In this document: positions 29,618 through 39,689 of the stretch, one piece after another
Layout of the letters: every line of letters begins with the position of its first letter
How positions within the stretch are numbered: the stretch's first letter is position 1
Source: a virus
Lineage: Duplodnaviria; Caudoviricetes
Length of the DNA: 54,487 bases
IMG/VR virus record: IMGVR_UViG_3300030329_003281
Coordinates: 1 to 54,487 of that record
Direction: 5' to 3' (one strand)
Notes under the pieces: model-generated
Databases searched by the model: none
What the model was told of the DNA's origin: nothing
Seen by the model: the letters and a program-made list of their open reading frames with translations, nothing else
Position numbers and translations under genes: made by a program

Positions 29618-30306
29618 CTCTTGTAGAATGGTGTAGAGAAAATGATATATGGTATCTGAAGATTGATATAGAGATTCCAGATATTATTATTAAAGAAGCA
29701 CAATCTGTTTATGATGAAGGGTTCTTTGTACCACATCGTGGGTCAGACGGTGATGAGTGGTGGTCATCTGCTTTACATGGTTTTGTGCATGAAGATGAGT
29801 ATGATACTTTTTCTGGTTGGCGTCATACAATGAATCCTGTTGGACATGGATACACTGAAGATACAGTTAAATGGGGTTGGACTGAAGTTGCTGAAGTAGC
29901 ACCAGAGATGAAAAGATGGTTAGAAGATTTTCCACATAAAAATTATAGACGATGTAGATTTATGTTAATAAAGTCTGGTGGAAGTATTATTGCACACCAT
30001 GACGCTCACGACGAAAGAATAAATGAAGGTAGACAGAGAAATATAGCTGCAGCGATTAATCTTGCAATCTATCAACCAAATAATTGTTATTTGAGAAGAG
30101 TTGATACAAAGGAAGAACTACCATTTGAAAATTGCACTGGTTTTTGGTTTGACAATGGAGTAACACATGAAGCTCTGAATAGTTCAGATGAAAATCGTTT
30201 TCATTTCATAATTCATGGTGGTTCAAATAAGGAAAGAAAAATGTTGATGAAAAAATCTTTGGTCAAACAATTTGGTTCTGATGTATTGAGAGAGATAGAT
30301 GATTAA
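29614..30306 (+). CDS. Asp/Asn beta-hydroxylase-family 2OG-Fe(II) dioxygenase
   Basis: RCRFMLIKSGGSIIAHHD...INLAI...WFDNGVTHEALNSSDENRFHFIIH (HxD...H..N....R.H). Confidence 0.8.
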   Translation: MTLVEWCRENDIWYLKIDIEIPDIIIKEAQSVYDEGFFVPHRGSDGDEWWSSALHGFVHEDEYDTFSGWRHTMNPVGHGYTEDTVKWGWTEVAEVAPEMKRWLEDFPHKNYRRCRFMLIKSGGSIIAHHDAHDERINEGRQRNIAAAINLAIYQPNNCYLRRVDTKEELPFENCTGFWFDNGVTHEALNSSDENRFHFIIHGGSNKERKMLMKKSLVKQFGSDVLREIDD

Positions 30307-31714
30307 GAATTTTGAACAGTTCAGAAACCTCTGGACAAAAGAAACGTCTGGTATAAAAATTAAAGAACAGACAAAAAATCTTGTTTTCATTGTAATGTAT
30401 CCTGATAACTTAGAGTGGGATTTTGGTGTAGAGAAACAGACGCAAACAACATGTGTACAAACTTCTGGTGGTCTTACTGGCGCAGGAAGCGGCCATAATC
30501 AAATACTTTGTTATACAAGTGAAATATTTGATGTTCTTAATGATTGTGATGAATATACTCATGCTATGGTTGTAACTGCTGGTATGACGTTTTCTATGAC
30601 TGCATCTAAATCTTCAATTGAAAGTTTCTATGATTTTGCAGAAGGGAAAAGTAAATACACTCTTTCTAGTGAAGTTCTTTCTGAAATTTTGAAATGGCGT
30701 GAAGGTAAAAATGCATTTTGGTGTCGAGGACATATAATTGCAAAATCTGATAAACCAGCATATTTACACCATCAACACGTAGAAATAAATCTTGATGTTT
30801 GGAGAGAATTGGGCCGGCCTTTTATTTTTGAAAGATGGAAAAATTACGAAAGATCAGATAAGAATTATCATGATGATTATACTCCACATTGGATAAGACC
30901 AGAGGGAAGACCAACTATTTTGAATTTTGATGATAACGCGAGAAGAGTTAAATCATTCTCATATAACAATATGGAAGCTAGAACAAAAATTCAAAATAGA
31001 AGTTGGAAAATTCTTAAAGACAGAAAAGAAGGATGGCGTAATAAATTAGATGATGATAATTATTTCAAAACAACTTGTGATAGATTAAACAGTGCATTCT
31101 ATGTTGAAAACACTGAGAGTTTAGGTGCATATGCTGAGAATCTGCCTGATGAAAAATTTGATATTATTTTTTCGCCAACTGCTGGTTATGTAACAGAAGT
31201 TTTAATTGAAAAATTAAATTTTGATGGAGAGATTGTATTTTATGATTATGCTCAAAATAATGTTACAATTAAAGAGAATATTGTTGAGATGAATATGTCT
31301 ATGGAAGAAATAAAAAAATATTCTGGATACATAGACCAACCGTTTAATTTTACAAGAAGTATTTCTCAGGGCCCGCAAGTTAATATTTTGCGTAAAAGAG
31401 CAGAAACATACGGTGACTTTGAATATCTTAGAGGTCTTCAGAAAAAAATGAGAGATACCTATGATATAGAATATTGGTTAATGGATTTGATAAAACCTGA
31501 TTATAAAAAACTCAAAAACAAAATTGAGGGTAAAAGAGTTTTCTTCAATGCCAGCAATATCTTTAGTTATCATATTTCACATTCAGTTTATACCTTAGAT
31601 GCATTGGTTAGGTCTTTCAATAGATTACATAAGACACTCAGATCTTCAGAATATTATCTGTTCAGAGGAACTAGACCAACTAAACAACATTTACAATATT
31701 TTAGTAAGAAATAA
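30299..31714 (+). CDS. hypothetical enzyme, two-domain; C-terminal part possibly Rossmann/methyltransferase-like
   Basis: Overlaps the upstream stop; YLHHQ.VEINL..W and HDDYTPHWI, then IFSPTAG...IVFYDY...LMDLI...FFNASNIF.Y. Confidence 0.45.
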   Translation: MIKNFEQFRNLWTKETSGIKIKEQTKNLVFIVMYPDNLEWDFGVEKQTQTTCVQTSGGLTGAGSGHNQILCYTSEIFDVLNDCDEYTHAMVVTAGMTFSMTASKSSIESFYDFAEGKSKYTLSSEVLSEILKWREGKNAFWCRGHIIAKSDKPAYLHHQHVEINLDVWRELGRPFIFERWKNYERSDKNYHDDYTPHWIRPEGRPTILNFDDNARRVKSFSYNNMEARTKIQNRSWKILKDRKEGWRNKLDDDNYFKTTCDRLNSAFYVENTESLGAYAENLPDEKFDIIFSPTAGYVTEVLIEKLNFDGEIVFYDYAQNNVTIKENIVEMNMSMEEIKKYSGYIDQPFNFTRSISQGPQVNILRKRAETYGDFEYLRGLQKKMRDTYDIEYWLMDLIKPDYKKLKNKIEGKRVFFNASNIFSYHISHSVYTLDALVRSFNRLHKTLRSSEYYLFRGTRPTKQHLQYFSKK

Positions 31715-31720
31715 ATTTTC

Positions 31721-32542
31721 ATGATAAACGATGATAAATTTGCTGAACTAGATCGGAGATATAATGCATCCAGTTATTTTAAAGTTAAACTTGAAGAAAA
31801 TTTTATTGAGTTGTCTTTAGAAGAATTAGGTTTGCCTACAGCTGATAAGTTATATGAACAAACTTTAAAGATTGTCGATGAAATTGGTGGAACAAGAGGT
31901 TGGTTGTTCGATAATAGAGAAACAAGAAGATATAAAGGATTTAGTATCTGTATAAATCCAGATGGAGACGAATATCTTCAAAGTCCCTATGCAAGTCTTG
32001 GCCATCCAGAATTAAATTGGACATACTCAAGAAAGAATAATCCTAATTTACCTTGGACAAATGCTAAGAACACTTACTATGATACCTATGGATTTAGCAC
32101 AGTTCATCCTATTGTACAGAAACACTACAAAGAATTCTTAGATTGTTTTGACTTGCAACCTACACGTTCAAGAGTAATGTGGTCATATCCTGGCCACGAA
32201 CAAGGTTGGCACTTAGATGAAGTTCTTTGGTGTGCAATTAGATTCAACATTCCTTTGGTTACTGAACCATCATATGTATTAGAAATTGATGGTGATGATG
32301 GTAATGGTAATTCTTTAACATTAACAAAACACTTAGAGGTTGGTAAAGCTTATTTTTGGAATACCAGAATACAACATAGAGTTAGAGATACTGGTGGTGC
32401 AACAAAACCAAGAGTTCATATTGTTGCTGCCTTCATTCCTTGGTTTGAGAAAAAAGGAGAGGAATGGAAAAAGAATAAGTGGTTTGGTATTCAACCCGTT
32501 GACTTGATAAAATCAAAAATGATTTTTCCTTATGCACCATGA
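31721..32542 (+). CDS. Asp/Asn beta-hydroxylase-family 2OG-Fe(II) dioxygenase
   Basis: TRSRV...WHLDE...IRFNIPLVT...HLEVGKAYFWNTRIQHRV...RVHIV. Confidence 0.78.
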   Translation: MINDDKFAELDRRYNASSYFKVKLEENFIELSLEELGLPTADKLYEQTLKIVDEIGGTRGWLFDNRETRRYKGFSICINPDGDEYLQSPYASLGHPELNWTYSRKNNPNLPWTNAKNTYYDTYGFSTVHPIVQKHYKEFLDCFDLQPTRSRVMWSYPGHEQGWHLDEVLWCAIRFNIPLVTEPSYVLEIDGDDGNGNSLTLTKHLEVGKAYFWNTRIQHRVRDTGGATKPRVHIVAAFIPWFEKKGEEWKKNKWFGIQPVDLIKSKMIFPYAP

Positions 32543-33240
32543 AGATATTTGCTGTTAGAATAGGCACTAAATATGGCATTGAGTATGAAGAATACTTGGA
32601 AGATAAATTGTCCAAGTATGAGATTGTTTGGATAAGAGAGCCATACGATCCTAAAGTGACATTACAATGGAATAAGATGTGGGCGATGCAAACAGGCATT
32701 GATGAGCCTGTTTGTGTTATGGATATTGATGTTCTGCTTGTAAATGACTACGAGAAAATATTTGAGTATCCTGTAAACCCTGGCCAATTTGTTGCAATGC
32801 CTGGATGGTGGAGAGATACAAGAAAAAACAACTATGTCATAAATGGTGGATTCTTCAAGTATTATCCAAAAGATTGTCAATATATTTTTGATAAGTTTAT
32901 GTCAGATATACATGGGTGGCAAAGACATTACATAGATAACGGAACCACTGTGGGCCCGGTGAACGGAGAACAATACTTTGTTGAAGACTCGGTTAGAGAA
33001 AGATTAGAACTTATTACCTTACCAGAGAGTTGGTTTACACGATGGGTTGTAAATGAAGATATCAATTATGGTAAGAGTATGACTAAATGGCAAATTCAGA
33101 TAACAAGTAAGTATAGAAAATTAACAGGTAACGATTACATTTATCTGGGTGGTGAGTTTCATCCTGATATAAAATTTGTTCATTTTACACACAGAAATAA
33201 TAAACCACACGAATGGGAAGATTATAAGAATCATGCCTGA
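32539..33240 (+). CDS. GT-A fold glycosyltransferase-like protein
   Basis: VRIGTKYG.EY, WNKM, VMDIDVLL (DxD motif), INGGFFKY, GEQYFV, KFVHFTH; paralogous pattern to 28203..28967. Confidence 0.75.
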   Translation: MKIFAVRIGTKYGIEYEEYLEDKLSKYEIVWIREPYDPKVTLQWNKMWAMQTGIDEPVCVMDIDVLLVNDYEKIFEYPVNPGQFVAMPGWWRDTRKNNYVINGGFFKYYPKDCQYIFDKFMSDIHGWQRHYIDNGTTVGPVNGEQYFVEDSVRERLELITLPESWFTRWVVNEDINYGKSMTKWQIQITSKYRKLTGNDYIYLGGEFHPDIKFVHFTHRNNKPHEWEDYKNHA

Positions 33241-33706
33241 AGTAAAGAGAATATCATGGGAGGAAATTAAACATATATGGGAAACACATTTATGGCCAAA
33301 CAAAGCTGGAGGTATTAAGCCATACAATAAATGGACATGGAGACATCCAAGTAGATACTTTGGTTTTTCATATAACATGGATGTGTCTCCTGTTTTCTTT
33401 GGAATACATGAGAATGATAAACTTGTAGCAGTTAATAGTTGTTTTATGAGTAACGATTGGAAAGATTCAGTATATTTTAGATCTAGAGGTTTGTGGACAG
33501 ATCCAGAATATCGTAGAAGAGGTTATGCTTCTTCAATATTACTTGAAACTATAAAGTATGCAAAGGAAAATGGTGGAACTTGGATATGGACAGTGCCTAG
33601 AAAAACTTCATTGGTTGCATATGAAAGTGTAGGTTTAGAACAATGGTCGGCTTGGATGGATGATTTAGAATTTGGTCCGAATTGTATCGCAACTAAATAC
33701 TTATAA
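33233..33706 (+). CDS. GNAT family N-acetyltransferase
   Basis: FRSRGLWTDPEYRRRGYA acetyl-CoA motif A, WTVPR...YESVG; ATG 33233 overlaps the upstream stop. Confidence 0.85.
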   Translation: MPEVKRISWEEIKHIWETHLWPNKAGGIKPYNKWTWRHPSRYFGFSYNMDVSPVFFGIHENDKLVAVNSCFMSNDWKDSVYFRSRGLWTDPEYRRRGYASSILLETIKYAKENGGTWIWTVPRKTSLVAYESVGLEQWSAWMDDLEFGPNCIATKYL

Positions 33707-33709
33707 ATA
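33702..33709 (+). promoter_or_regulatory. T4-type late promoter TATAAATA
   Basis: Exact consensus overlapping the GNAT stop, upstream of gp13. Confidence 0.8.
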
Positions 33710-33731
33710 GATAATAAACGGAGTCGATCAT

Positions 33732-34547
33732 ATGGCCATTCCATCAACAAAAGCCACTTTAAAATCATATTGTTTGCGCTCTCTTGGTTTTGGTGTTATA
33801 GACATTAATGTGTCAGACGATCAGATTGATGACAGATTGGACGAGGCACTTCAATATTTTGCTGAATATCACTATGATGGTGTTGAAAGAATGTTTCTTA
33901 AACACCAAATCACTTCAGCAGACATAACCAGAGCAACATCTGACACATCTACAACTGCAACTGATGTGGTGGATAGCTCTGTCACTGCAACTTGGAAAGA
34001 AGGTAACGGTTATATTCCTGTACCGGCAGCTGTTCTTTCTGTTGTTAATGTATTCCCAATCACTGATAGCACAACGGCCAACATGTTTGATCTTAGATAT
34101 CAATTGAGATTAAATGACTTGTATGATTTTTCATCCACTTCCATTATGGAATATGAGATGACACTTCAACATTTAGATTTTCTGGAACATGTATTGGTTG
34201 GTGAAGTTCCTATTCGTTTTAGTCAGCATCAACAAAGACTTTATCTTGATATGGATTGGAATAACGATGTTGTGGCTGATGAGTATATTGTTATTGAATG
34301 TTACAGAAAACTTGATCCAGATTCGTTTACTGATGTATACAACGATATCTATCTAAAAAGATATGCAACTGCTCTGATTAAAAGACAATGGGGTGCGAAC
34401 CTATCAAAGTTTAATGGCGTAACTATGTTGGGTGGTGTTACAATGAATGGAGATAGTATCTATTCTCAGGCCACTGAAGAAATTCAATCTCTTGAGGAAC
34501 GGATTCAATTAGCATATGAGTTGCCTGTCAACTATATGATAGGATAA
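33732..34547 (+). CDS. gp13: neck protein gp13
   Basis: LKSYCLRSLGFGVIDINVSDDQIDDRLDEALQYF..YHYDG; LKRYATALIKRQWGANLSKF.GV.MLGGVT.NG. Confidence 0.95.
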   Translation: MAIPSTKATLKSYCLRSLGFGVIDINVSDDQIDDRLDEALQYFAEYHYDGVERMFLKHQITSADITRATSDTSTTATDVVDSSVTATWKEGNGYIPVPAAVLSVVNVFPITDSTTANMFDLRYQLRLNDLYDFSSTSIMEYEMTLQHLDFLEHVLVGEVPIRFSQHQQRLYLDMDWNNDVVADEYIVIECYRKLDPDSFTDVYNDIYLKRYATALIKRQWGANLSKFNGVTMLGGVTMNGDSIYSQATEEIQSLEERIQLAYELPVNYMIG

Positions 34548-34550
34548 ACC

Positions 34551-35558
34551 ATGGCTGTCAATTCCATATTTCATACCAGTAATTCTCATGCAATCGCAAC
34601 AGAGCAAAATCTTTATAGAGATTTGCTTACAGAATCTATTCAGATATTCGGTCATGATGTTCATTATCTAGACAGAACTCTTGTGGCAGAAGATACTCTT
34701 TTGGGAGAAGATACTCTTTCAAAGTTTAGTTCTTCTGCTAAGATTGAAATGTATATTGAGAATGCAGAGGGTGGTTATGAGGGTGAAAGGGAGTTGATGA
34801 ATAGGTTTGGTTTACAAAACCTAAGTGATGTAACCTTTGTAGTAGCAAAACACAGATTTCAAGACCTGACCAAACAAATTACAATTGAGAGTGGTACAGA
34901 CACTACAAGTGGTTCTGTATTATTAGAGGAAGGAACCCTAGATAGCGGCACGGTAGAAGCCTCTGCATCATTTGAAGGTGGATATATTATCTCAGAAGCA
35001 ACACCTACTGATTCAGATAGACCTCTTGAGGGCGATTTGATTTATCATCCAATTTTGAAAAAACTGTTTTCGGTCAATTTTGTTGATCACGATGAACCTT
35101 TTCATCAATTAGATAACAATCCAGCTTATAGATTACGGTGTCGCACCTTTGATTATAGCTCTGAGATATTGGATACAGGTATTGACGCAATTGATGCAAT
35201 TGAAGATGCACTTTCAACAGATGCACTTGTTTATCAATTCACTCTGGAACAATCAAGTGCTGTCAATGAACCTATTAGAATTCATGACACTGCAACAACT
35301 AGAGGATTGTTGTTAGATGAAACAGATAGTGACAATATCATAGGTGAAGACGATAGTAGCTCTGTTGGTGAAAGCATACTTCTTGAGACAGGCACCAATC
35401 ATTATCTGTTACAAGAAGAATATATAATGGGTACAGGTGGAGCAAATACTGGTAGTCTTGATAATACGGCACAAAATGAGCTGTTTGATAGTTTGGACGA
35501 TACAGTATTGGATTTCACTGAGAGTAATCCATTTGGCGATGCGGGGAGTAAAGGATAA
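34551..35558 (+). CDS. gp14: neck protein gp14 with acidic insertions
   Basis: EQNL..DL..ESIQIFGHDVHYL.R...GED..SKF; RPLEGDLIY.P; F.V.FVDH..PF.QL; LDFTESNPFG. Confidence 0.92.
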   Translation: MAVNSIFHTSNSHAIATEQNLYRDLLTESIQIFGHDVHYLDRTLVAEDTLLGEDTLSKFSSSAKIEMYIENAEGGYEGERELMNRFGLQNLSDVTFVVAKHRFQDLTKQITIESGTDTTSGSVLLEEGTLDSGTVEASASFEGGYIISEATPTDSDRPLEGDLIYHPILKKLFSVNFVDHDEPFHQLDNNPAYRLRCRTFDYSSEILDTGIDAIDAIEDALSTDALVYQFTLEQSSAVNEPIRIHDTATTRGLLLDETDSDNIIGEDDSSSVGESILLETGTNHYLLQEEYIMGTGGANTGSLDNTAQNELFDSLDDTVLDFTESNPFGDAGSKG

Positions 35559-36367
35559 TGCTAGGCACACAGTTTTACCATGAAACTATAAGAAAAGTTG
35601 TTATTGCGTTTGGAACATTGTTTAATGATATTCAATTAGTTCGTAAGGATAATGATGGCACTATCGTGCAATCTATGAAGGTGCCTTTGGCCTATGGTCC
35701 ACGACAAAAGTTTCTTGTTAGATTAAGAGAAGATCCAGACCTTACAAAACAGGTAGCGATTACACTTCCACGTATTGGATTTGAGATTCAGAATTTAACT
35801 TATGATTCCACTAGAAAATTAAATCGGGTACAAAAGTTTAAGAAGACTAAATCAGGAACCACTAGCAAACTTGATATACAATATATGCCAGTTCCTTATA
35901 ATCTAGACTTTCAATTATATATTATGGCAAAAAATTCTGATGATGCATTGCAAATTGTGGAACAAATTCTTCCTTACTTTCAACCTGACTATACTCTTAC
36001 TATTAATGATATGGCAGATATGGGTATCAAAAGAGACGTGCCTATTATTTTGAATAGTATATCGTATGAAGATGATTATGAGGGTGATTTTGAAACAAGA
36101 CGAGCTATAATTTACACACTAGACTTTACGACCAAATTTTATCTTTATGGTCCGGTTACTGATTCTGGTGTCATTAAAACTGCTATTGTGGACCAGTATG
36201 CTCAGATGCCTGCAAAAGCACCAGCAAGAGAACAGAGATATACAGTTACGCCAGATCCTACTACTGCCGATGCTGATGATGATTTTGGATTTAATGAAAC
36301 CACAGCTTTCTTTCAAGACTCAAAGGTTAAAGATGTGGCTACGGGCGATGATAAGTTAACAGAATGA
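35558..36367 (+). CDS. gp15: tail sheath stabiliser / completion protein gp15
   Basis: FYHETIRK.VIAFGTLFN; KVPLAYGP.QKFL; TLPRIGFE; DALQIVEQILPYFQP; YLYGP. Confidence 0.95.
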   Translation: MLGTQFYHETIRKVVIAFGTLFNDIQLVRKDNDGTIVQSMKVPLAYGPRQKFLVRLREDPDLTKQVAITLPRIGFEIQNLTYDSTRKLNRVQKFKKTKSGTTSKLDIQYMPVPYNLDFQLYIMAKNSDDALQIVEQILPYFQPDYTLTINDMADMGIKRDVPIILNSISYEDDYEGDFETRRAIIYTLDFTTKFYLYGPVTDSGVIKTAIVDQYAQMPAKAPAREQRYTVTPDPTTADADDDFGFNETTAFFQDSKVKDVATGDDKLTE

Positions 36368-36762
36368 ACAGTGAAATTGATAAAGCTTTAGGAGTAGTTC
36401 AAGATATTGAATTCAATCCTCCTGTTGAAAGAAAACTAAATCCAATACAGGTATCTAATAACGAAGCAGATATAGAAAATGATTATGCGTATCAAAGACA
36501 AAACTTTTACAATTTGGTTGAACGTGGATCTGATGCAATTGAAGGTATTCTTGAATTGGCTAGGGAAAGTGATGCTCCACGAGCGTATGAAGTCGCAGGT
36601 AATTTGATCAAACAAGTTGCAGAGGTGACAGAGAAACTTGGCGACCTTCAAGAAAAAATGAAACGTCTCAAAGAAGTTCCAAGCAACGCACCGAAAAATG
36701 TCACCAATGCTTTGTTTGTAGGGAGCACTGCTGAATTGCAGAAAATGTTGAAAGAAAAATAA
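36364..36762 (+). CDS. gp16: terminase small subunit gp16
   Basis: DYAYQRQNFYNLVERG..AIEGIL.LA.ES..PRAYEVAG.LIK; NALFVGSTAELQKML. Confidence 0.93.
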   Translation: MNSEIDKALGVVQDIEFNPPVERKLNPIQVSNNEADIENDYAYQRQNFYNLVERGSDAIEGILELARESDAPRAYEVAGNLIKQVAEVTEKLGDLQEKMKRLKEVPSNAPKNVTNALFVGSTAELQKMLKEK

Positions 36763-36764
36763 TT

Positions 36765-37694
36765 ATGTTCCACAAAAATTGGATTACTTACGATTATAAC
36801 GAATTAAGAATATACGATTATCCAAATCATAATTTTCAACCTACTACATTTAGAAATGCATTAAAAAGACAAGCACAGGTTATTGCACAAGATGTGAAAC
36901 CGGCTGTTTTTGTTTCTGGTGGAATCGATTCTCAAGCAATTGCAATTGGATTTAAATCTGCAAATGTAGATGCAGACTATATCTACATCCGCTCCAGTTA
37001 TAATGGACACTATGACAAACTAGAATACTTTTTTGTCAATGAGTTTTGTAAAAGAAACTATATTGATTTACAAATCATCGACCTCGAATTTGATAAAAAC
37101 AGTCTTAGAGACTTCCTATTAGAATCAGAATATTTTGAAACTGGTGTTGGTTCTGGCACTGTATTCTTGTTAGAAGGAATACGAAGATATAAAGGTGACG
37201 GATTTCCAGTTACTGCTGATGGTCATTTCATATTTGAAAGAGAGGGTAATGTATGTAAGGGAGTTTTTAAAAAACCTGGCCTTACTCTCAGTCATGGTAT
37301 TCGAGTAGAAAATCAAATTCTTTTTGATTTATATTATAACTTTATGTTTCAATATTATGAATATATGCACAGAAAAACTCCTGAGATACAATATCTAAAG
37401 AAGATGGAAGCCAAAAATCTTATATACACACATATGTTTGTTGGTTTTCCATTTAGACCTAAAATGTCTGGTTGGGAATTTTTAGATAGAGAACATGATT
37501 ACTCAACTCTATCGTCTATAGATTGGTCTAATGATCATGGTAAAAAGGCAAGATTTACACGAGGCATTGAAGTTATTGTTGATATTCTAGATTTGTCAGA
37601 AGAGTATATAGAAAAAAAGTTGCAACATCAAAAGGGTGATGATGATAGGTTCATAACCCTGTATGAATTTGAATCTAAATATAAGTATGTCTGA
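36765..37694 (+). CDS. PP-loop adenylating enzyme (asparagine synthetase / QueC-like superfamily)
   Basis: AVFVSGGIDSQ (SGGxDS PP-loop), FPVTADG, KNLIY...RPKMSGWE; no glutaminase domain is evident. Confidence 0.65.
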   Translation: MFHKNWITYDYNELRIYDYPNHNFQPTTFRNALKRQAQVIAQDVKPAVFVSGGIDSQAIAIGFKSANVDADYIYIRSSYNGHYDKLEYFFVNEFCKRNYIDLQIIDLEFDKNSLRDFLLESEYFETGVGSGTVFLLEGIRRYKGDGFPVTADGHFIFEREGNVCKGVFKKPGLTLSHGIRVENQILFDLYYNFMFQYYEYMHRKTPEIQYLKKMEAKNLIYTHMFVGFPFRPKMSGWEFLDREHDYSTLSSIDWSNDHGKKARFTRGIEVIVDILDLSEEYIEKKLQHQKGDDDRFITLYEFESKYKYV

Positions 37695-39330
37695 CCAAAA
37701 TCAATATCTAGGTAATCCTAATCTCAAGAAAACAAATACTCCGGTAGAGTTCACGAAAGAGAACATTATCGAATATCGTAAGTGTGCAGAAGACCCACTT
37801 TACTTTATCAAAAACTATGTTCAAATCGTTTCTCTTGACCACGGACTAGTCCCGTTTGAAATGTATAGCTTTCAAGAGGGCATGGTTTCAACCATGCATG
37901 ATAATAGGTTTTCTATTTTCAAACTACCTAGACAGTCAGGAAAGTCAACTATTATCATCTCATATCTTTTGCATTATGCATTATTCAATCAAAACGTAAA
38001 CATTGCTGTTCTTGCAAATAAGTCAATCACGGCAAGAGATATTCTTAGTAGACTACAACTTGCATATGAAAACCTTCCTAAATGGATGCAACAAGGTATT
38101 ATTGCGTGGAACAAGGGTAATATTGAATTAGAGAACGGTAGTAAGATTATTGCTGCTGCCACTTCCTCAAGTGCTATTCGTGGTGGTTCTTATAACATTA
38201 TTTTCCTTGATGAGTTTGCGTTTGTTCCTTCTAACGTTGCAGAGCAATTCTTTGCATCTGTCTATCCTACCATTACCTCTGGTCAAAACACAAAGGTTAT
38301 CATTGTTTCTACACCACACGGTATGAACATGTTTTATAAGATATGGGTAGATGCACAGGAAAAACGAAATGATTATATTGCAACAGAAGTTCATTGGAGT
38401 GAAGTTCCTGGCCGTGATGAAGAGTGGAAGAAAGAAACAATACGAAATACTTCAGAGTCACAGTTTAACGCTGAGTTTGAATGTGAATTCCTAGGCTCAA
38501 TTGATACATTGATAAGTGCACACAGATTGAAAACTTTGGTATATAGAAATCCAATTCAATCAAATGCAGGGTTAGATATTTATGTTCGACCAGAAAAAGA
38601 CAATGTGTATATGATAACGGCCGATGTTTCTCGTGGAACCGCAAATGACTATTCTGCCTTTGTAGTTTTTGATGTGACTGAAATACCATATAAGATGGTT
38701 GCGAAGTTTAGAGATAATGAGATCAAACCGCTTCTATTTCCCACAAAGATACATGAAGTTGCAAAGGCATACAATCAAGCATACGTGATGGTAGAGGTGA
38801 ATGACATAGGTGAGCAGGTCGCTAACGCTTTACAGTTTGATCTTGAGTATGACAACCTAGTTATGGCTTCGATGCGAGGACGGGCCGGACAAATCCTTGG
38901 AGCGGGATTCTCAGGCGGTAGAGCGCAATTGGGTGTAAGAACAACTAAGGCTGTCAAGAAGATTGGTTGCTCTAATCTTAAACAGTTGATAGAGGACAAC
39001 AAACTAATAATAGAAGATTATGATGCTGTCAATGAACTGTCTACTTTTATAGTCAGAGGTTCATCCTATCAAGCAGACGATGGATGTAATGATGATTTGG
39101 TTGCATGCATGTTTATGTTTGCCTGGGCAACAGATCAGACTTATTTCAAAGAACTTACTGACAACGATATAAGAAAGACAATGATAAAAGAGCAACAGGA
39201 TATGTTAGAGCAAGACATGGCTCCATTTGGTTTTATTGTAAATGGTGTAGACGATCCTTTCGAAGATACTATAGATGAGTATGGAACTAGATGGACACCA
39301 GTTGTTAGAGATTACAGTACAAATTGGTAA
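37687..39330 (+). CDS. gp17: terminase large subunit gp17
   Basis: YLGNPNLKK, Walker A PRQSGKST, Walker B IIFLDEFAF, IVSTPHG, nuclease ADVSRG...DYSAF, NDDLV. Confidence 0.97.
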   Translation: MSDQNQYLGNPNLKKTNTPVEFTKENIIEYRKCAEDPLYFIKNYVQIVSLDHGLVPFEMYSFQEGMVSTMHDNRFSIFKLPRQSGKSTIIISYLLHYALFNQNVNIAVLANKSITARDILSRLQLAYENLPKWMQQGIIAWNKGNIELENGSKIIAAATSSSAIRGGSYNIIFLDEFAFVPSNVAEQFFASVYPTITSGQNTKVIIVSTPHGMNMFYKIWVDAQEKRNDYIATEVHWSEVPGRDEEWKKETIRNTSESQFNAEFECEFLGSIDTLISAHRLKTLVYRNPIQSNAGLDIYVRPEKDNVYMITADVSRGTANDYSAFVVFDVTEIPYKMVAKFRDNEIKPLLFPTKIHEVAKAYNQAYVMVEVNDIGEQVANALQFDLEYDNLVMASMRGRAGQILGAGFSGGRAQLGVRTTKAVKKIGCSNLKQLIEDNKLIIEDYDAVNELSTFIVRGSSYQADDGCNDDLVACMFMFAWATDQTYFKELTDNDIRKTMIKEQQDMLEQDMAPFGFIVNGVDDPFEDTIDEYGTRWTPVVRDYSTNW

Positions 39331-39334
39331 AACA

Positions 39335-39634
39335 CTAAATAAACTCAATTAGGTCAGAATCTAATTTAATAAAACAATTTGCACAGACAATTTTTGAATT
39401 CTTTATCAGTTGAGTTGATTCTTTACGACTCTCTTCATTCATGCCTTTACGTTGAGTAAGTTTTCTGATTTCATTGTTGTGTGGGTAGAACTTTAAACAA
39501 ACAGTTTCGCTTTCACCACAATGAACACAGGATTTTTCAGCAAGGTATTCGTTAAGCCACACTATGCGTTGTCTATAGTTACGACGTGCAACTTTCTTTA
39601 TTGTTTCTTTGTATTTTTCATAATGTGTTGACAT
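39335..39634 (-). CDS. HNH-like zinc-binding protein, apparently degenerate
   Basis: CVHCGE...CLKFYPH...VCANCF keeps the two CxxC pairs of HNH endonucleases, but the usual FHH and CHxxxH residues are altered; it has its own late promoter. Confidence 0.65.
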   Translation of the reverse strand: MSTHYEKYKETIKKVARRNYRQRIVWLNEYLAEKSCVHCGESETVCLKFYPHNNEIRKLTQRKGMNEESRKESTQLIKNSKIVCANCFIKLDSDLIEFI

Positions 39635-39639
39635 ACATT

Positions 39640-39647
39640 TATTTATA
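39640..39647 (-). promoter_or_regulatory. T4-type late promoter TATAAATA (minus strand)
   Basis: + strand TATTTATA at 39640-39647, 5 nt upstream of the HNH-like ATG. Confidence 0.7.
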
Positions 39648-39689
39648 AGAATTACAACATATAAAAATGGGGTTTAGAAAACTCATTTT

